64,000 nucleotides of DNA from the NCBI GenBank assembly GCA_027923505.1, contig BROI01000012.1, positions 806,001-870,000 on the forward strand, read 5' to 3'. A program made the translations under genes and the position numbers. Under the pieces are notes generated by a model. It ran no database searches. It saw only the letters and a list, made by a program, of their open reading frames with translations, and had not been told where the DNA came from. Positions 25,048 to 34,853 of the stretch are shown in pieces (position 1 is the stretch's first letter; each line of letters opens with the position of its first letter). Origin of the DNA: Mayamaea pseudoterrestris (taxonomy: Eukaryota).

Positions 25048-25570
25048 GATGCTTGACTGAGACTGCAGACTTTTCTCGGTAGAACGATGTTGTGATAGCT
25101 TGTTGATGGTCCTGTTGTTTCGACACGATGACCCGATCGACTTAAAGCTCTTGCGTGAGAGAAAGCAGTCAATTTCGACTCTTGTACCGAATGACAGGCT
25201 GATGGAGGTGTTGTTCGAGTCGATGGAATGTGAATCAAACCGAATGAGCATGTGATGGAGAATCGAAATGATGGCGGAACGGAAGGAGCGAATCCTCCGA
25301 ATGCAGAACCCACGAAGCAACAGTCAGAAATGACTATCATGAGTCAACATCTTGAAAAGTCAAACGCAAGATTGATTTGCTATTGCCTCCAGCGCTCCAG
25401 CCACGTCATTGGATTTTATGAAACGCTCTGGGCCGATCCAACGAAATGACCCATTAAACAATGGCCCCTCGATTTCGCGACGCCGCCGGTCTCTTGGTCT
25501 TGAAGCTCCTCGTCGTAGCCTGCCAATTTTTCAACTACTTCTATATCTAATACATACATACGCTATAAAC

Positions 25571-28500
25571 ATGAAGACCATGGCAAACCTTCGCTCGAAC
25601 AGTCGGAATCGTCCCGAATCCGCGAAACTGGAAAGCGTCAAGGAGGAATTTGCCACGGCAATGTTTGGGTCATCAAGAAGGAACAAAATCAAGGGTCACT
25701 CGACAACATTATCGCAACAATCATCAATGAGCAAGACGAACAAGGTCAACCTTGCAAGTAAAATGACTCTAGAAAAGAATATAAAGGGAAAGAAGCGTCA
25801 AGTTGACTGGCATAAAGAAGTCATGCTCGCCATTCAGTCGGGTCGATGGGAGGCTTTGAAGGGATTTATTAACGTTTATAACACTGCGACGACGGCTGAC
25901 GAAGATGCAAACAAACCAAAGAAGAAGAAAAGCTTTTGGAAACGCATGCATAAAGTCAAGGAGGAGGAGGAGGCAGATCCGTCATCTTCTCAAGATCAAG
26001 ACTCTCTGCTGCGAGTTGACCAGGAGGGCCGCACGCCACTGCACGTTGCACTCTCGTCTCGCAAAACGCCACTGGATGTGCTACTCATGCTCATTCGAGC
26101 TGAACCTAGAGCTTGTCAAGTATTGACTGATAAGCGACGATATCCTCTTCACTTTGCCATTTTGGGAAGACATCACGTGCAGGTGATTGCAGAATTGGTC
26201 AAGAATTTTCCCGAAGCCTTGTCGGCCAGTGATGCCAAACATCAGACGCCACTGGCGTATGCATTTGCAATGGCAAAGAAACAATCAAAGCTAGAAAAGG
26301 CACCAAAGAACTTTTGGATGGCGACCGGTATTGTAAATGGTGAAAACCTTGGCTTGAGTGGAAGCAGCGCGCACAGCAACAACAGTATCGGTGGTGGGAG
26401 CAACCACTCGCTCGAATCCCGACATCGGCGACGATCTAGTATCAACCAGCAGCAGGCTTGGCAAACGGAACAAATTCAAGCTTGGGGCATCGTGCATTGG
26501 TTGCTGCTATCGCTGGCGACCAATTCGGAGACGCACCTTTCAGTCGGAGAAGGCGTCCATCAAAAGCCAATGCTTGTCGACGCCTTGCTGCATGCAGCAC
26601 CACCGTCTGTCGTTGCCTTGCTGATTGGAGCGTCGGCTCGCTTACTTATGAATGTTGATCGAAACAATCGGGCAACAGCTTTTGCTGGATCGACGCTATA
26701 CTCATGCTTGGCCCGGCACTATCCGCTCAGCATTTTGCAATCGCTAGCGAGTCAGTGCCCTAAGGACGTTCGCCTGGTGCGAGATGAGACAGGCATGGGC
26801 CTTGTTTCGGCGCACTACGTTTCAGGTTGCTTTTCGCAGTCACGCGTCGGCGAGTGGAAAGTAAACGTTTCCTTTGTGGATGCGCTGGCGGAAGCGACGG
26901 AAACAAAACAATTGCCGATTGGAAACAACCCAGGTTTTTGCGAATGGTGGCAAAAGATGGAATATCTGATACTTTTTTGTGGATGCGACGAAGAAGATTA
27001 CAAAGTGATGTCGAAAAGTAAGGAGTTTTTGCTGCATGCTGCGCTGGTGAACTCGGACATTCCGCCTTCCATCATCCGCCTACTACTAGCGCTATATTCG
27101 TCCTCCATACACCACGCACATCCTTTATCGGGGGCGTTACCAATTCACATTGCTGCAACCTGCCCCGATTACATTCCACGCAACTACGAGTTTCAAACAA
27201 TGAATGCGGAATTGTCGGCGTTGGCGATTGTTCTGCATGCGGATCCATCGGCGATTCAGGAGCGCCAGAATGGGCGACTGCCACTGCACTTGGCGTTGGC
27301 GGCTAACAAGCAGTATTCGTCAATTCATATGCTATTGGAGGAGGACCTCAACGTTTTGAGTGTGCCAGATCCGATAAGCGGCCTGTTACCCTTCATGCAT
27401 GCGTCGGCACTTCGAGGCAACGATGAATTTCGTTATAGCTGTGTCGCCAGGAACAAATATTCGCATGCGGTCTGGAAAGGATTGAATGATAGGCAGAAGT
27501 CGACAGCCATTCAGCGGGTCGCCGAAACAGATAGCTTGGAACGCACTGATACAATCTTTAGATTGTTGCGAATCAATGTAAGCGCATTTCAAAAAACAAC
27601 AATAAGCATGCCTGTCTTGGACCACCCCAGCTCGATTGTCCGAAAACATTTCTGGTCGTGGTGCTTTGACGAACACGGCAATAACATTTGGATATTGAAT
27701 ACTACCCGTACGCGGATCTTCGAGCAAGCCCTGCAGAAAGCAAAGGAAACGCATTCATTCGACGAACTGCAGATTGATAAACTTAAAGCGCAATCCTTTG
27801 CTCGATGGTGGCATAAGATGAAGTTCTGGATTCGGTATTGCATCCCTCGAAATGCTTTGGATGCTTATAAAGACATGCCTTGCCAATTTTCAGACGAATA
27901 CCTTCTGCATGCGGCGCTAGCAAACTCGAAGAACACTCCTCCGCAACTTATTGAGCTGATACTGGCGCTCTTTCCAAACTCGGTTCAGCTGTCATTACCA
28001 GGCCACTCCATGCTTCCACTACACATTGCTTGTTCTAACGAGTCGTACTTTGCGTTTCCATTTGAGAAGTCTTGTGCATCTGCAGTCGACTTGATTTTGA
28101 AGGCGTACCCCAGTGGTGCGAACGTTGCATCCGACGATGGTGTCTTGCCTTTGCATCTTGCTATCAACTCCGACAAGACAGCATCAACGATTATTCTGAT
28201 AGCGACTGAAGCACCTCGCTCACTAAAAGTTCAAGACTATAATTATCTCTTTCCATTTCAAATGGTCGCGGCACAGCGAACTCGATCTGCCGAAGAAAAC
28301 CAACAGCTGCAAATTGCCACTGGCACGTTCAACCTTTCGACCTGCGAATGGGAGGCACTTCCGACCAACGTCCGAGCGGCAAATATTCGAAGTGTTCAGC
28401 TTAGCTTTGACCGAATGCAACTAAATTGTATCTTTGAGTTACTAAGAAAGGGAGCAGATGTTATACGAACATCGGACAGAAAAGGTGTTGCTACCAAAGA

Positions 28501-30820
28501 TATAGCGGACGAGTCTCAGAAGCCTCCGCGCTGTGAATGTCATACAGCGGAGCGAATTGAAATAATTTCCACATATACAGAGTCTGAAATGACGTCAGTT
28601 GCTTCACAATCAACACATTCATCGAGCTCAGCAAAGACTCATAGTGATTCCGACGACAGCGAGGAAGATGAAGTGGACGAAAATGAAGATGATGATAGTG
28701 AGGACACGGAGGCGACCAGGACGTTGCCTTTTTCAACTGCCTCGCAGCCATCGTCCCTTATGCGTTTATTGTCTCGCGAGAAATCGAACCGTAAGATGGA
28801 TGCAGCAGGAGGCGATCTGTTTGACTGCGACCATTCCGTCTTTTCCGCAGTTGATGTAATGTCAAGCATATCAAAATCGTATCATTCGGCATCAAAGAAG
28901 AATAGGTCACAAAGTGGAACGCGTTCTTCGGTAAAGAAGCGGCACCAACCGGACTCAGAGGATTTATCCTTGCAAATGTCAGATCTTGGACGACCCCATG
29001 TCCCTTACACCCGAGAAAGTGAATCTGACGACGAAAGCACTGTAGTTGACGACTTGGCGGCAGACGAGGCAGACTATCAGAGTGCCAGCACATGGGGCGA
29101 CGAGAGCCGTCTTGAAGATAAGTATGACTCTGACGCTTCGTCTAGCGATTTTCGTGCCGATTCGGACAGCGATGTCCAAGGCTCAGATTCTGAAGATAGC
29201 GACTTTGAAGGGTTGATATACTTTCAGATGCGTAGGCCAACGAGACTTCGCGGAACGCTGAACAGTCATGAACAGTTGACGGATGTAAAGCTGACAAAAA
29301 AGGACGAACCGATACGCAAGACACCGGGTAGGACCCGTTCTCTCCCTGTGAACCGTTCGCCGTCTCGAGCTGACTCACTACGACGCATGCTCATTTCCGA
29401 CAAGCCAAATAGTGCAAGAAATGTACTTGAAAATATTGAGGGCATTGAGTTAGCAGTTGATAACGGCGATGAGTCTCCCCGGAGCAAGCGCAAAACAAGT
29501 GAACAGTCATCTATTCCGCGTAGTCACTCTCCTCCGAAAGAAGTAGACACGGAGGAGTTGCTGGGCAAAAGCTTTGCTAACATGCGAATGGCTGCCGCCA
29601 CCAAGCCAAAAAGAGGCTCAAAAAGCAATGTATCAGGCGAGCGCAACAGCGGCACTGATCGATCACTCTCGCTGGAATCATACCTTGAACCTGGATCTCC
29701 TTCCGAAGCCGACAACAAGCGTATGTTGCCACCCTCGCAAAGTATACGTCACCAGTCGCTCCAAAATCTTCTACCGTCTCTATCGACGCATAATGGGAAG
29801 AGTTCCGCGTCGTTATCATCGGAAATGACCGGCTCGGTATCAACTATTCAGCTGTTGGAATACTCGAGATCGAATGATGACAGCGCGAATGTAATCGCCA
29901 CATCCATGCACAAGATACTCGACCATAAGCCGCCATGCAAAAGCGACAGCGAATCAAGCTCTGAAGATTCTGTTCCCGACTTTATGATTCGCTCTGTTCG
30001 AAGCCATATTAGAGGAACGGGGCATAGAACTGACGACGGAACTGACCACCTTTCAACAACCGACCATACATTCTCAGAATCTGCTCAATCTTTCTTTGAA
30101 GAGTCTACATCCTCAGACTACAACCATAATTTAAACAACACGATGCCAGCGTCGGCCCTTCGTTTAACTTCTCTTAGTGAAGGATGCGAATCACCGGCAC
30201 CAGCGAACGAAAGCACATCCGCGGAAAGCTTACAAATCAGTGACACCGTCGAAGACGATAATGCCGTGCATCCGTCCACTCAATGCCAGCAAGCGACAAC
30301 AAGTGCCTCAAAACGATTAAACCGAGGAACGATCGAGCTAAGCGATCTCAGCCTCACGAGCAGGAATGTCGGACGGGTTGCGTCTTTTGACAAGAACGCC
30401 TTTAAATGGGTTTTTCCAACATACGCGACCAATTCTTATGAGACAAGCACTGAACATTCAACAAACTCAACGAAAACTGATGATGAGGTCGACGACGGTC
30501 AGCATTTAGACAGCTTTGCAACACCAGTTACAGGACATGCCGCACCTCGGGAAAAAGGAAGCTACAACGTTTTTAAATCGCTTACGCTAGGCGTCGGCCT
30601 CCCCAAGTCCGAGAAAGACTCTGCATCTTGGCTACGTGAGCACATGGCATCGGAGGCATCGGGCATGACCTGCCTACTTTGCAATCAGAGGCGAAGCGAA
30701 GTGTTGCTGGTTCCATGCCACCACCTTTCCCTCTGCAAGGGCTGTTCTGTCGACAACCCTGACATGCCGTGTCCCTTGTGCAACCTTGCTGCGACGAGTC
30801 GAATAGAGATACAGATATAG
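25571..30820 (+). CDS. Ankyrin-like repeat protein with C-terminal C3HC4 RING (putative E3 ubiquitin ligase), about 1749 aa
   Basis: Repeats GRTPLHVAL, RYPLHFAI, GRLPLHLAL, GVLPLHLAI; long acidic/Ser-rich linker; terminal CLLC...VPCHHLSLCKGC...CPLC (IAP/MIB-type RING). First ATG at 25571. Confidence 0.88.
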   Translation: MKTMANLRSNSRNRPESAKLESVKEEFATAMFGSSRRNKIKGHSTTLSQQSSMSKTNKVNLASKMTLEKNIKGKKRQVDWHKEVMLAIQSGRWEALKGFINVYNTATTADEDANKPKKKKSFWKRMHKVKEEEEADPSSSQDQDSLLRVDQEGRTPLHVALSSRKTPLDVLLMLIRAEPRACQVLTDKRRYPLHFAILGRHHVQVIAELVKNFPEALSASDAKHQTPLAYAFAMAKKQSKLEKAPKNFWMATGIVNGENLGLSGSSAHSNNSIGGGSNHSLESRHRRRSSINQQQAWQTEQIQAWGIVHWLLLSLATNSETHLSVGEGVHQKPMLVDALLHAAPPSVVALLIGASARLLMNVDRNNRATAFAGSTLYSCLARHYPLSILQSLASQCPKDVRLVRDETGMGLVSAHYVSGCFSQSRVGEWKVNVSFVDALAEATETKQLPIGNNPGFCEWWQKMEYLILFCGCDEEDYKVMSKSKEFLLHAALVNSDIPPSIIRLLLALYSSSIHHAHPLSGALPIHIAATCPDYIPRNYEFQTMNAELSALAIVLHADPSAIQERQNGRLPLHLALAANKQYSSIHMLLEEDLNVLSVPDPISGLLPFMHASALRGNDEFRYSCVARNKYSHAVWKGLNDRQKSTAIQRVAETDSLERTDTIFRLLRINVSAFQKTTISMPVLDHPSSIVRKHFWSWCFDEHGNNIWILNTTRTRIFEQALQKAKETHSFDELQIDKLKAQSFARWWHKMKFWIRYCIPRNALDAYKDMPCQFSDEYLLHAALANSKNTPPQLIELILALFPNSVQLSLPGHSMLPLHIACSNESYFAFPFEKSCASAVDLILKAYPSGANVASDDGVLPLHLAINSDKTASTIILIATEAPRSLKVQDYNYLFPFQMVAAQRTRSAEENQQLQIATGTFNLSTCEWEALPTNVRAANIRSVQLSFDRMQLNCIFELLRKGADVIRTSDRKGVATKDIADESQKPPRCECHTAERIEIISTYTESEMTSVASQSTHSSSSAKTHSDSDDSEEDEVDENEDDDSEDTEATRTLPFSTASQPSSLMRLLSREKSNRKMDAAGGDLFDCDHSVFSAVDVMSSISKSYHSASKKNRSQSGTRSSVKKRHQPDSEDLSLQMSDLGRPHVPYTRESESDDESTVVDDLAADEADYQSASTWGDESRLEDKYDSDASSSDFRADSDSDVQGSDSEDSDFEGLIYFQMRRPTRLRGTLNSHEQLTDVKLTKKDEPIRKTPGRTRSLPVNRSPSRADSLRRMLISDKPNSARNVLENIEGIELAVDNGDESPRSKRKTSEQSSIPRSHSPPKEVDTEELLGKSFANMRMAAATKPKRGSKSNVSGERNSGTDRSLSLESYLEPGSPSEADNKRMLPPSQSIRHQSLQNLLPSLSTHNGKSSASLSSEMTGSVSTIQLLEYSRSNDDSANVIATSMHKILDHKPPCKSDSESSSEDSVPDFMIRSVRSHIRGTGHRTDDGTDHLSTTDHTFSESAQSFFEESTSSDYNHNLNNTMPASALRLTSLSEGCESPAPANESTSAESLQISDTVEDDNAVHPSTQCQQATTSASKRLNRGTIELSDLSLTSRNVGRVASFDKNAFKWVFPTYATNSYETSTEHSTNSTKTDDEVDDGQHLDSFATPVTGHAAPREKGSYNVFKSLTLGVGLPKSEKDSASWLREHMASEASGMTCLLCNQRRSEVLLVPCHHLSLCKGCSVDNPDMPCPLCNLAATSRIEIQI

Positions 30821-30878
30821 TACTTTATAATTTGCTAGCGTAATAGGTGTTTTGACCAATGCAACAACGCTAGTATGT

Positions 30879-33041
30879 CTACGACATTATCTTCGACGCC
30901 AATGGTTCAGAGCAGGGTACATCTGCAACACCTTCGCTTCCGCTGCTTACGTCGGAAAGCCCGCTCATGAGAGTTTGAGCTTCCTGCTGTACTTGAATGT
31001 CCGTAATGTACTGCTCAATGAAACCAAACAATTGCGCGTGGATCTCTTTCTTTTCAAGGTCCTCTTTGTGGTTCGCTTGCGCGGCAAGTGGAGTTAGAAG
31101 TTCAAAACCCTGTGCAATGACTTTCGCTGACCATTCCATTTTACGCATAGCGCCAACAATTTCTGCGACATCCGTCAGTTTAAGCATGGCCTCTAGAGCC
31201 TGCTCCTCCAGCGACTCATCCTCCGCTCGCGCCAATTGGATTCGTTCCAGCACAACGAAACAATCCTCGCAGTCGTCCAGTTCCTGACAGGCGGCTGCAT
31301 GAAGAACTTCAAAAACGCCATGAACCTTGGTCAACGATCGAAGATTAGTTGCATCATAGGTGAAGTTCTTGAGTGCAAAGCAGGCGCTCTGAACCACCGT
31401 GGCCTCTTGTGAATGCGACTTGATGGAGGCAACCGTAGCTTCGAGAATATCTAAACTAACAACGCAAACCCTTCGCTTCTCGCCATCCACTGCAACATTG
31501 GATAAGAGCGCACAGCCATCGCGCTGAATATCAGCCACGTTTGCGTGACATTGCATCGCTTCGGCCACTCGATCCGATATATGTTGGTTGAGTAGCTTGA
31601 CGCGAGCTTCCCAGCTGGTCGATAGCTTGCGCAAGCCGCCAATGGCAACCTCTACAAGCGCAGCATCGCCAATGTTTCGAGAAAGTGCATCGGCGATCGT
31701 CTCGCATGCCTTGGCTCGAATGAGAACGACGCAATTGTTCGCATTACCGGCGAGCGCACTGAGAACCTTGCAGCCGTTGCGCTGAATTGTCAAGGAAGCA
31801 GCAAACGCCTTCATGACACTGACAATCTTGGAAACCAAAGCAGTGCTTTCAGTGACGGCATCCTGAAAGATGTCAGCCATGGCCTCGAGACAGTACGCTT
31901 GGACGCCTTGATGCTGCTCATTGGCTTCCATCGACCCGAGTAAAATCTCGGCGAGAAAGGCAACGTCTTCTCCCTTCATACCATCAATGAGCGACCGCAA
32001 GTCGTAGACAATCTGCTCCTCCTCCACCATTGGCTCGGGCGATTTCATGGATGACGATGACCATTCCTCGTCCAATGTTTCCGCCACCTTTTCTTCTTCC
32101 TCGCAGCAGGTTGATCCAGCACCAGATAAGGAGCCAAAGCTTCTACTTGACTCTCCGGGAGCGACTGGAACTAAGTCGTTGCTCATGGTGCGGTGCAGTT
32201 CGGACGATGCCGGTGGACTAATTGATGCAATCTCGGTCATGCGGCCGCCACCAATCGTATACGTTCGCGCCGGAGTGAGGCGTCGCGGCGTTGATCGACC
32301 ATGCTCCGACGTTGATGCAATTATGGAAGGCTGTCGACCGGCAGTCGTCGTTGATGATGATGAAACAGCATCTCCCGCGACCATTTCCGTCACCGAATTG
32401 AGCGACGCAACTGGCTGACGCCGTGAACCCGAGCGCAACGGAACAGTTCCAGCTTGAGGTGTTCGGTCAAAGGAAACGGTGCGTCGCGGCGGCATGGGTC
32501 GAGAGTCTCGGGCAGACAGTGGCATGTGATCCGTCGAGCGAATTCGTCGTGGCGGTTCGGTCAGTTCATTGACTGTAAATGATCCGTTGCTATTGCTTCC
32601 CCCATTGCCTCCAGAACGGCGGGATGACGATGGTCCGGAGAGTAACGACGGCCGATGCGATGAAGAAGAATGAAAAGACTCCATAGGAAGTCCAAACGAG
32701 CCCGCAGAATCACATGACGTGATGCTTTGCTGAGAGGCTGATGGGATCGGCCCACTACGAAACGGAGCACAACTCGCCGTAGGAATGATATGGGGATTGC
32801 AGCGCAAGCACTTTCCATTCAAGCATTCTCCATCAGCCGATCGAGGCTTCTTGGAGGACCAGAGAGGATTCAGACGGGCTCGTTGAAAGTCGACGAGGAG
32901 GACGGGAGTGTCTTGGCAAGTCATGCAGTATCCATACTGCTGGCGGAGCTGAGCTTTTTCTTCGCGACTGACAATGCTACCAGCAATGTCAAGCACCATC
33001 TCAGTGTAGGAGAGTTGATCTGGCTTGATGGTAGAGTTCAT
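30879..33041 (-). CDS. Armadillo-repeat protein with an N-terminal Cys motif
   Basis: ATG at 33041. GYCMTC...CLNGKCLRC, then a Ser/Arg-rich linker and ARM repeats (IQRNGCKVLSALA, IQRDGCALLSNVA, VVQSACFALKNFT). Confidence 0.85.
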   Translation of the reverse strand: MNSTIKPDQLSYTEMVLDIAGSIVSREEKAQLRQQYGYCMTCQDTPVLLVDFQRARLNPLWSSKKPRSADGECLNGKCLRCNPHIIPTASCAPFRSGPIPSASQQSITSCDSAGSFGLPMESFHSSSSHRPSLLSGPSSSRRSGGNGGSNSNGSFTVNELTEPPRRIRSTDHMPLSARDSRPMPPRRTVSFDRTPQAGTVPLRSGSRRQPVASLNSVTEMVAGDAVSSSSTTTAGRQPSIIASTSEHGRSTPRRLTPARTYTIGGGRMTEIASISPPASSELHRTMSNDLVPVAPGESSRSFGSLSGAGSTCCEEEEKVAETLDEEWSSSSMKSPEPMVEEEQIVYDLRSLIDGMKGEDVAFLAEILLGSMEANEQHQGVQAYCLEAMADIFQDAVTESTALVSKIVSVMKAFAASLTIQRNGCKVLSALAGNANNCVVLIRAKACETIADALSRNIGDAALVEVAIGGLRKLSTSWEARVKLLNQHISDRVAEAMQCHANVADIQRDGCALLSNVAVDGEKRRVCVVSLDILEATVASIKSHSQEATVVQSACFALKNFTYDATNLRSLTKVHGVFEVLHAAACQELDDCEDCFVVLERIQLARAEDESLEEQALEAMLKLTDVAEIVGAMRKMEWSAKVIAQGFELLTPLAAQANHKEDLEKKEIHAQLFGFIEQYITDIQVQQEAQTLMSGLSDVSSGSEGVADVPCSEPLASKIMS

Positions 33042-33421
33042 TGTTGAGTAAAGCAATAGAGGCAATGGAGTCTGTCGTTGTGTTGGTTTTTGAAAGTTGA
33101 AAGTGAATGATCGCTTGCTTGCTTGGAAGTTTTGAGAGCGAAGCAAGCGAAGAACAATCGCACAGACATGCGTCGACGCGCTTGAAGGTGAACGCGTGGC
33201 AAGAACTATAGCCCGTTTGACTGTAAATGACTCTGATAGTTTTATTTATCGTAAAAGTCATTAGGCAATATCAGAGTATCTAGTCATTGCGAACAATAGT
33301 TTTCACAATTCGGAAGCGTTCCGACCCAAGACGACGGCGAAAGTTCGACGAGAGCGAGTTGAGATGCAAAGCAAACAATCGGTAAGCTAGCCTTGGCGAT
33401 GATCCTTGGGTAAGCTCGTAA

Positions 33422-33454
33422 CCACAGGAGGCGTTGCGCCACAGGAGGCGTTGC
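33422..33454. repeat. Short tandem duplication (ccacaggaggcgttgc x2, 17-bp period)
   Basis: Exact 16-mer at 33422-33437 and 33439-33454, in the intergenic region upstream of the ARM gene. Confidence 0.9.
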
Positions 33455-33625
33455 AGGGACAAACGCTACCAAAGAGCTGATGAATCGATCGCGTCATGGA
33501 ATCGTTCCTGCCGCAATTATCACTGTCAGTGCGAATTGCTCGCTCGTTAATGGTGACATGCCATGGTCCATGGTCCTTGTTCGACTTCTTCTATCATTAG
33601 TCGCCCGCAATTTGGAGAGTTACAT

Positions 33626-34709
33626 TCAATTTGGTTCTAGCTTTTGCTGTAGTCGAGTCAATTCCTTGGCTATCTTTTTCTCAAAGGATGGATCACTCAC
33701 GCTCCAATTTCGCAACGCTTGCATGGCGTTATCCAGCTGACCCATTCCTTCGTATGCTTCCGCTTGAATGCGATACAGCTTGGAGAGCAAGTCAGTGTCA
33801 TGACTGTGAGCAGAGTCACTCGTGGTGCTGGAGCCGCACAAAACGTTGGCTGCCAACTGCGCATCCTCCAGTGCAGTTTCATACTGACGGGCGTCGCATC
33901 GAGCCGAACCTCGCAACACCAAGGCATGCGCCAATGCAGTGGATTGGCGTTGTTCCTCATCAAGCTCTAAAGTGCGTATGACTGACCCAAACAGTGTTTC
34001 CTTGTCTTGAAAAGATGTGGCTGCAATCAAGAAGACGACGTCCACGTTAGTTGCAGAATGCGCACTGTATAAACATAACACGCAATGCTTGTAATTATAT
34101 TTGTAGTAGATCCAGAAATCTCTTGCGTCCATATGCATTCACTGAAGAATGCTAAACGCAAGGAACCTCCCTTGACGTTGCTTTGGGCTGCAGCTAGCAC
34201 CTAGAGAGCAACTGACGTTTGTCATGCTCGCTGGCGACTCTAAAGAATGCAGCCGTTCATAATCAATCATGCAGTCTCATAATGATATACATACCTTTTT
34301 GTCCGCGTTCCATGACTTGAACGGCAGCCTTGAGTTTGGGCGAAATTGGACCTGAAAGCGGTTCCAGCGACGAAATGGCAGTCAATGGATCAACGAGTCC
34401 ATTTACATATTCCTTAGTACTTGTGCCATTGACTTTACGGATGACAGCTACATTGGGACCCTTGCCGCAGAGCGAAAGACATCCCGTTGCTGTCACAGGG
34501 AGTGATAGATCCTTCAAGACTCGAGGCAACGAGAAAGCTCCTTGGAAGCGCCGACAGCAGTCCTTGTTCTGACAAACCTCAATCTGAAGCGCCACTGCTG
34601 CTCTCTGCTGCGTGCACAGACCAAGGAGTAGTGAAACGAGAAAGCACCATGTTGACAATGGCCAGCAATGGTGCATGATGGTCGTGCGGTGTTGGCTTGC
34701 ATCTTGCAT
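33626..34709 (-). CDS. Thioredoxin-like [2Fe-2S] ferredoxin domain plus TPR protein with signal peptide; exons 34709-34295 and 34020-33626
   Basis: VCQNKDC...GCLSLCGKGPNV (four Cys in the thioredoxin-like ferredoxin pattern) and TPR helices (ALVLRGSARCDARQYETALEDA; LYRIQAEAYEGMGQLDNAMQAL). Phase-1 intron GTATGT...CTAAC...TTGCAG at 34294-34021. Start at 34709 or 34676. Confidence 0.75.
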
Positions 34710-34853
34710 GATGCGTGACGGCTGTGAAGAAATTCGTGGTGGATCCGGTCAAACGTTAACCTTAATGGAGTAACAAGTGTTGGTGCGACACGATCTTTCC
34801 TATGAGCTCGGCGATCGCACACACGCTTCCCGATCGACTTTGCTTCATAGCCC

